A DNA stretch of 63,706 bases, the filler included, from Klebsormidium nitens (taxonomy: Eukaryota > Plantae > Klebsormidiophyceae), in assembly GCA_000708835.1 (NCBI GenBank). It is 9 parts of 9 records of this genome, joined end to end, with 100 filler letters (N's around TTAATTAATTAA, not from the genome) between each part and the next. Parts side by side here need not be neighbours in the genome. Positions count along the whole stretch, not along the records: positions 57,220 to 60,163 come from DF238623.1; positions 60,264 to 62,345 come from DF238746.1; positions 62,446 to 63,706 come from DF238722.1; 6 more parts are not named here. The stretch is one strand, 5' to 3'. Positions 59,560 through 63,706 of this stretch are shown here, piece after piece (the stretch's first letter is position 1; the number at the start of each line of letters is the position of its first letter). The notes beneath the pieces are model-generated. The model did no database searches, was not told the origin of the DNA, and worked only from the letters and a program-made list of their open reading frames with translations. A program made the translations under genes and the position numbers.

Positions 59560-59755
59560 TAAAGAAAGGCTCAGGGCTTGCTTGAAAACCCTAAAACGCG
59601 TTCGATCCTAGAGCAGATTAGGTGGGCCCCCAAAATCCCGAAAATGCACTGGATTTTCCAGTACAAACCCCGAAATTTTGCACCTGGACTCCAATATAAG
59701 GTCCCACAAAACCCCGAAAATGCTGCCAGAATTGACCCCAAACCCCGGATTTTCA
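59560..59755. repeat. Cluster of aaaccc(c)gaaaa(t)gc-like short repeats, possibly transposon subterminal
   Basis: aatcccgaaaatgc, aaaccccgaaattttgc, aaaccccgaaaatgc, aaaccccggattttc. Confidence 0.5.
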
Positions 59756-60861
59756 TGCATCTACGAAATAGAACATAGGACGTGCACATGACATGCGAGA
59801 AGCAGGTTTTAACATGAGGTTTGAAGATTCAAACCCCTTGATGAAGCTACGAGAGTAGGGCGAGATTGCTATACTTGGATCTAACATGTTGACGAAGCAT
59901 CTTTAAAAGCTCAAAAACCTCGTAACACATATACTACACGATACGTTGAATCGTTGAGATTGAATATAAGGTTCAACATGTAATTGACAAAGTCATCAAG
60001 ACATTGAATCATAAGGTGATTGCTCGTATCATGCAGAAGTCTGGAAGTTTCGCAAACGACTTCGAAACAAAATTGTTCGAAGCTCCTGTGTCAAATAAGA
60101 TGTTAGCTTTGGTCCCAGCTGCTCGACCAGAAAACATCATACGAGAGTAACGTTTCTTGTTCTNNNNNNNNNNNNNNNNNNNNNNNNNNNNNNNNNNNNN
60201 NNNNNNNTTAATTAATTAANNNNNNNNNNNNNNNNNNNNNNNNNNNNNNNNNNNNNNNNNNNNGGGCTGGCACCTAAAGGGGAAGGGGAAGCGAAACTCA
60301 GCATAGAATACAGAACTCTGGTTTCTGCAAGAGGGCGCTTCCAGGTTTTCTATGGCTGCTGCATAGGCGACAGAGTTTCCGCTTCGTTCTCTGATCGTAT
60401 TGCCGCTTTATAGCTGAGGCTTTTAGGGCAGACGTCACACGGCGCAACCGTCCTAAGTACCATACCAGGGACACCCTTCGGAAAACGGACGAGCTGGGTG
60501 CGAAGTAAGCTCTTGGGCCCTTTGGTCGCTATTATGATACTGTTTGCCAAGGATTCTATGCAGCTTTCAAACGTGACGTCAGCATCTGGTGACGTCAACA
60601 TCTGATTCAGCCCAAGCCTTCGTAACCGGTGACGTCATGACCAGTCAGCAAAACCCTCTGAGTCCTAGCTTTTGTTACACCAAGATCTAGAGTAAGAAGG
60701 CATTCGCAATCTGATGTCCGTCCCTGGTTGGATCTCGTCAAAGAAGGTGCTCTTCATCATTCGATATCAAACCCCGACTCTCAATTAGCTCCCGTCGTGC
60801 CGAGCCATCCGTTACGCATTTGCGGATTCTCCAGCTTGACTTAATGGACACCCATTTGCAG

Positions 60862-61069
60862 GTTCGGTCGCTCCGCTGTTCGTATCCTGTCGGGCGTCTA
60901 GAAGTCCGACTTCAAGACTGCCAAGTTCCACCACATTCCTTTGTACACCAAGGTCATTCAAGCACGAGGCCTAACCTCGGAGACGAGTTGCGAAGAAGGG
61001 GAAGGCAGCCACGGCCGCACCTCCAAGAAGGCCTATCTCGCCTCCAACAAGAAGGACACGGGAGATCAG
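60862..61069 (+). mobile_element. Exon of a Plavaka/CACTA-related transposase (C-terminal part) with premature TAG
   Basis: Flanked by ttgcag| and |gtgcaa. Reads SGV*KSDFKTAKFHHIPLYTKVIQARG...SCEEGEGSH...KKAYLASNKKDTGDQ, resembling the PK.H...HY..I...G...E..H..K.AY..SN motif. Confidence 0.6.
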
Positions 61070-62445
61070 GTGCAAGCATTTTCCATGCTCAGATTTTGGC
61101 CAACGGTTGTGATTTGGAACTCAACCATTCTGAACTTGAGAACATCGACAGCAAGGGTAATGAATCTTTTGTACGACCGGAGGAACAGCTCGGGAGACGT
61201 GAGCACCGGTGTCAAATTGGGTGCGGATGCCGGTGTTAACACCGTGCCCATCGGCCCCGATTCGTGTTCGTATCTTTCTTCGGATGCGTTCGTTCGTTCC
61301 GTACTTTCAATCGATTCTCTTAACGGTTCGGCTCTCCTGTCTGCGAGCCGAGCCGAGCCTTAGTGCGGTCGGAGCTGTCCAAACGAAAGCGCAATGTTAT
61401 TCGACTTCTAAACGCAAAGCAGACTGTCAGCCGACTAGGTGAATCACGCAGGCAGCAAGGTCTTCCTTCTGGTCGCACTATGAAAAGGCTTTTTCCATAG
61501 GGCGACACGTGGCAGTAAAGAAGCTGCAGAGCAGCTACATTGAATCGTTGACGACATTCCTTACGCTCTTGATTGTGCAAGCTTAGGTTCATGGGCATTG
61601 GTCACCATTATCGTAGTTCTGCATGCGTAACCCTCGCTCGGGATTGCAGGTGATGCGCTTCAATCAGCGTCGGCAGAACGTGGCTGAGTACGTCAACGGA
61701 TGCAATACAGGCCGCCGCGGTTTCCGCATCCAGCAGCGGGTCACAGTTGTCGCAGTCGCTGCGTCTGAAAAGGTACGCACTTTTCACAACCTGCATTTAC
61801 ACCAATTTTCAAATGGTGCGCGCACAGTTAGCTGCCAGCTTATGAGGTTGCTGCGTCTTCAGGCCCTTAACCCGTGAAACAGAGCTTTTGACTCAATGTC
61901 TTTGTTCCCGTTCGAGTTCTCACAATACCCTGTCCGTACAATTCTGGTCGTGACTAATCCACTCACTGTAATTAGAGTCGGAACACTATAAGAGTTCGGA
62001 CATTACAAATGGTGATTGACGTGCCGTGCCGTGTCTCGGTTCTTTGCTTCTGGAAACTGAGCAGAAAAGATGATTCACCCGCTTTTTTTGAGACCGAGTG
62101 GAATTGCTTGAAGGTCCGTCTTCTGTAGAGGATGAGCCGACGGTGCACGTTAAGCTTCTACTCATCATCAGGCTTCCGAATGCGTCTGTGTCAGCAGTTC
62201 TATAGTGCTGATGCGATATTTAACGAATCGCTTTTCCTCGTCGCAGGCAGCGCGGCAGAAGAAGCACGTCCTGGCAGCCAGACGACTGACGTTGCGGTGG
62301 GAGTGGCTCCGGCCAGCGGGCCAAGCCACGTATGCGCGCTTCCCANNNNNNNNNNNNNNNNNNNNNNNNNNNNNNNNNNNNNNNNNNNNTTAATTAATTA
62401 ANNNNNNNNNNNNNNNNNNNNNNNNNNNNNNNNNNNNNNNNNNNN

Positions 62446-63706
62446 GTGGCACAGGCGGTTCGCCATGTTGTGAGCATACTGCTCGTCCGTAAGGGCAGCA
62501 GACAGCCGCGCCTTCGACGTCCTCCCGGAGCCACTTCCGGACGCCTTACGTTTGCCAGCCACCGACTTGGTGGACTGGGCAGGCTTACGCTTCAAGCGTT
62601 CCTCGATCATGGGCCACTGCAAAGTAGCATATTGCATAAGATCACGCAGAGCATTCCAACGAGTTCCGTTGGGAAACGTTCTGCACAACTCCTTCAGATC
62701 CACTTGGAGACCAGACCGATACTTCTCGATCTTGATCTGCTCGTCTGTAATCTCAGCGGCAAGGTTAGTAGCAGCTTGCTCGAAAGCAATGTTGTACTCA
62801 TCCAGACTTGTGGATCCCTGCTTGAGATTATTCCAGGTGTCCCAATAAGACTGAATGGGAGTCCTCAGACCATACCCACGAGTCATGGTTTCCCTGAAAA
62901 ACTGACGAGCATTCTGAGCATACAATCCTGGGTTCGCACGCTGATACACAGCATACTGGGAAGACCAATACGATCTTGGCTTCCCATTCAGATACGACGA
63001 CGCCAGACGCAAATACTCAGCGTTAGGCGTGTTCCGAAGATACTCTTCGATCTGATCGAACCACTCCAGAATGGGCGGGTTGCTCGCCTTATTCTCCCAC
63101 TTGGAAGGAGGGAGGCCTTTACCTGCCCTGCAGCAGCTGCAACGGCAGCAACCTGAGCAGCAGCAGCGGCCTGAGCTTGCTGTTGTGCCTGTGCAGCCGT
63201 GGCCTGAGCTTGCTGCAACTGACCCTGCATTGCTGTCAGATCGGCGTGGTTACGATTATCACGCTTCAGCAACACAGAGATCCTTATGGCGTCACTGCCA
63301 TGTGTCAGGGCCTGCGTCTCAGCCGCAATCCTGGCAAAATCTGTCTGAAGACCATTATAGTAGTGGTCAAACTGGGCAACCGTCATAGCCGCAAAGTTCG
63401 GCAAGTTGGCCGCCATAGCTGAAGATTCCCCTCAATCAACAGACTGACTCCTGACCTCCCGACTGACAGGAGTGATGTACACAGATTGAGAGCTACCCCC
63501 AACAACCTGACAATAGGAAGGAGGTGTATCACTCTCAGATGGAAGATCGGGAACACTTTCCCAATCCTTAGAAATTGCACTCTCCTCTTCGCCAGAGACC
63601 TTCTCCTTCCCCTTGCGTGAAGGCTCAAAGACTGCAGCCCCAGGACTGAGAGCACTCGAGGAAGCCTTCGCGGATGCTTCCTCCTCAGAGTCGTCGCCAA
63701 TCGCCA
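62446..63706 (-). mobile_element. Ty3/gypsy-type retrotransposon 5' region: leader and Gag (ATG 63416, frameshift near 63125), cut by gap
   Basis: ILEWFDQIEEYL...LASSYLNGKPRSYW...WNNLKQG..SLDEYNIAF...KYRSGLQ...then RLCH (start of a Zn knuckle): retrotransposon Gag signature. Confidence 0.85.

Overview
Eukaryotic, plant-lineage genomic DNA. GT-AG introns and plant-type RING, glutaredoxin-like, GIL1-like and root-cap-like genes suggest a streptophyte alga such as Klebsormidium; this is inference, not proven. The window is a patchwork of nine segments separated by artificial 100-nt spacers (44 N + TTAATTAATTAA + 44 N), so adjacency across those spacers cannot be trusted. Segment 1 (1-18902) holds a birth-and-death cluster of five intronless F-box-like paralogues, an orphan RING-ligase exon and a spliced glutaredoxin-like/Zn-finger gene. 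Segment 2 (19003-24218) holds a virus-type Prim-Pol + Zn-finger + D5-like primase-helicase, a convergent GTACCACC iteron array around a (TA)n tract, and an intron-containing KDZ (Kyakuja-Dileera-Zisupton) transposase. Segment 3 (24319-32034) holds a CATG satellite and then the most striking feature: a dense, intronless, co-oriented gene run with giant-virus character. That run comprises a phage-like ORF, GH17 beta-1,3-glucanase, expansin, a coiled-coil ORF, a small membrane protein resembling nucleocytovirus proteins, and type II topoisomerase. It is a candidate endogenous giant-virus element carrying a plant cell-wall loosening/callose-degrading module. The rest contains copia, gypsy, Plavaka-like and Crinkler-like relics, a root-cap-domain gene, a Cys-rich repeat exon, a GIL1-like gene and many pseudogenes whose stops look like C-to-T decay. 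All family assignments come from motif recognition by eye; no database searches were run.
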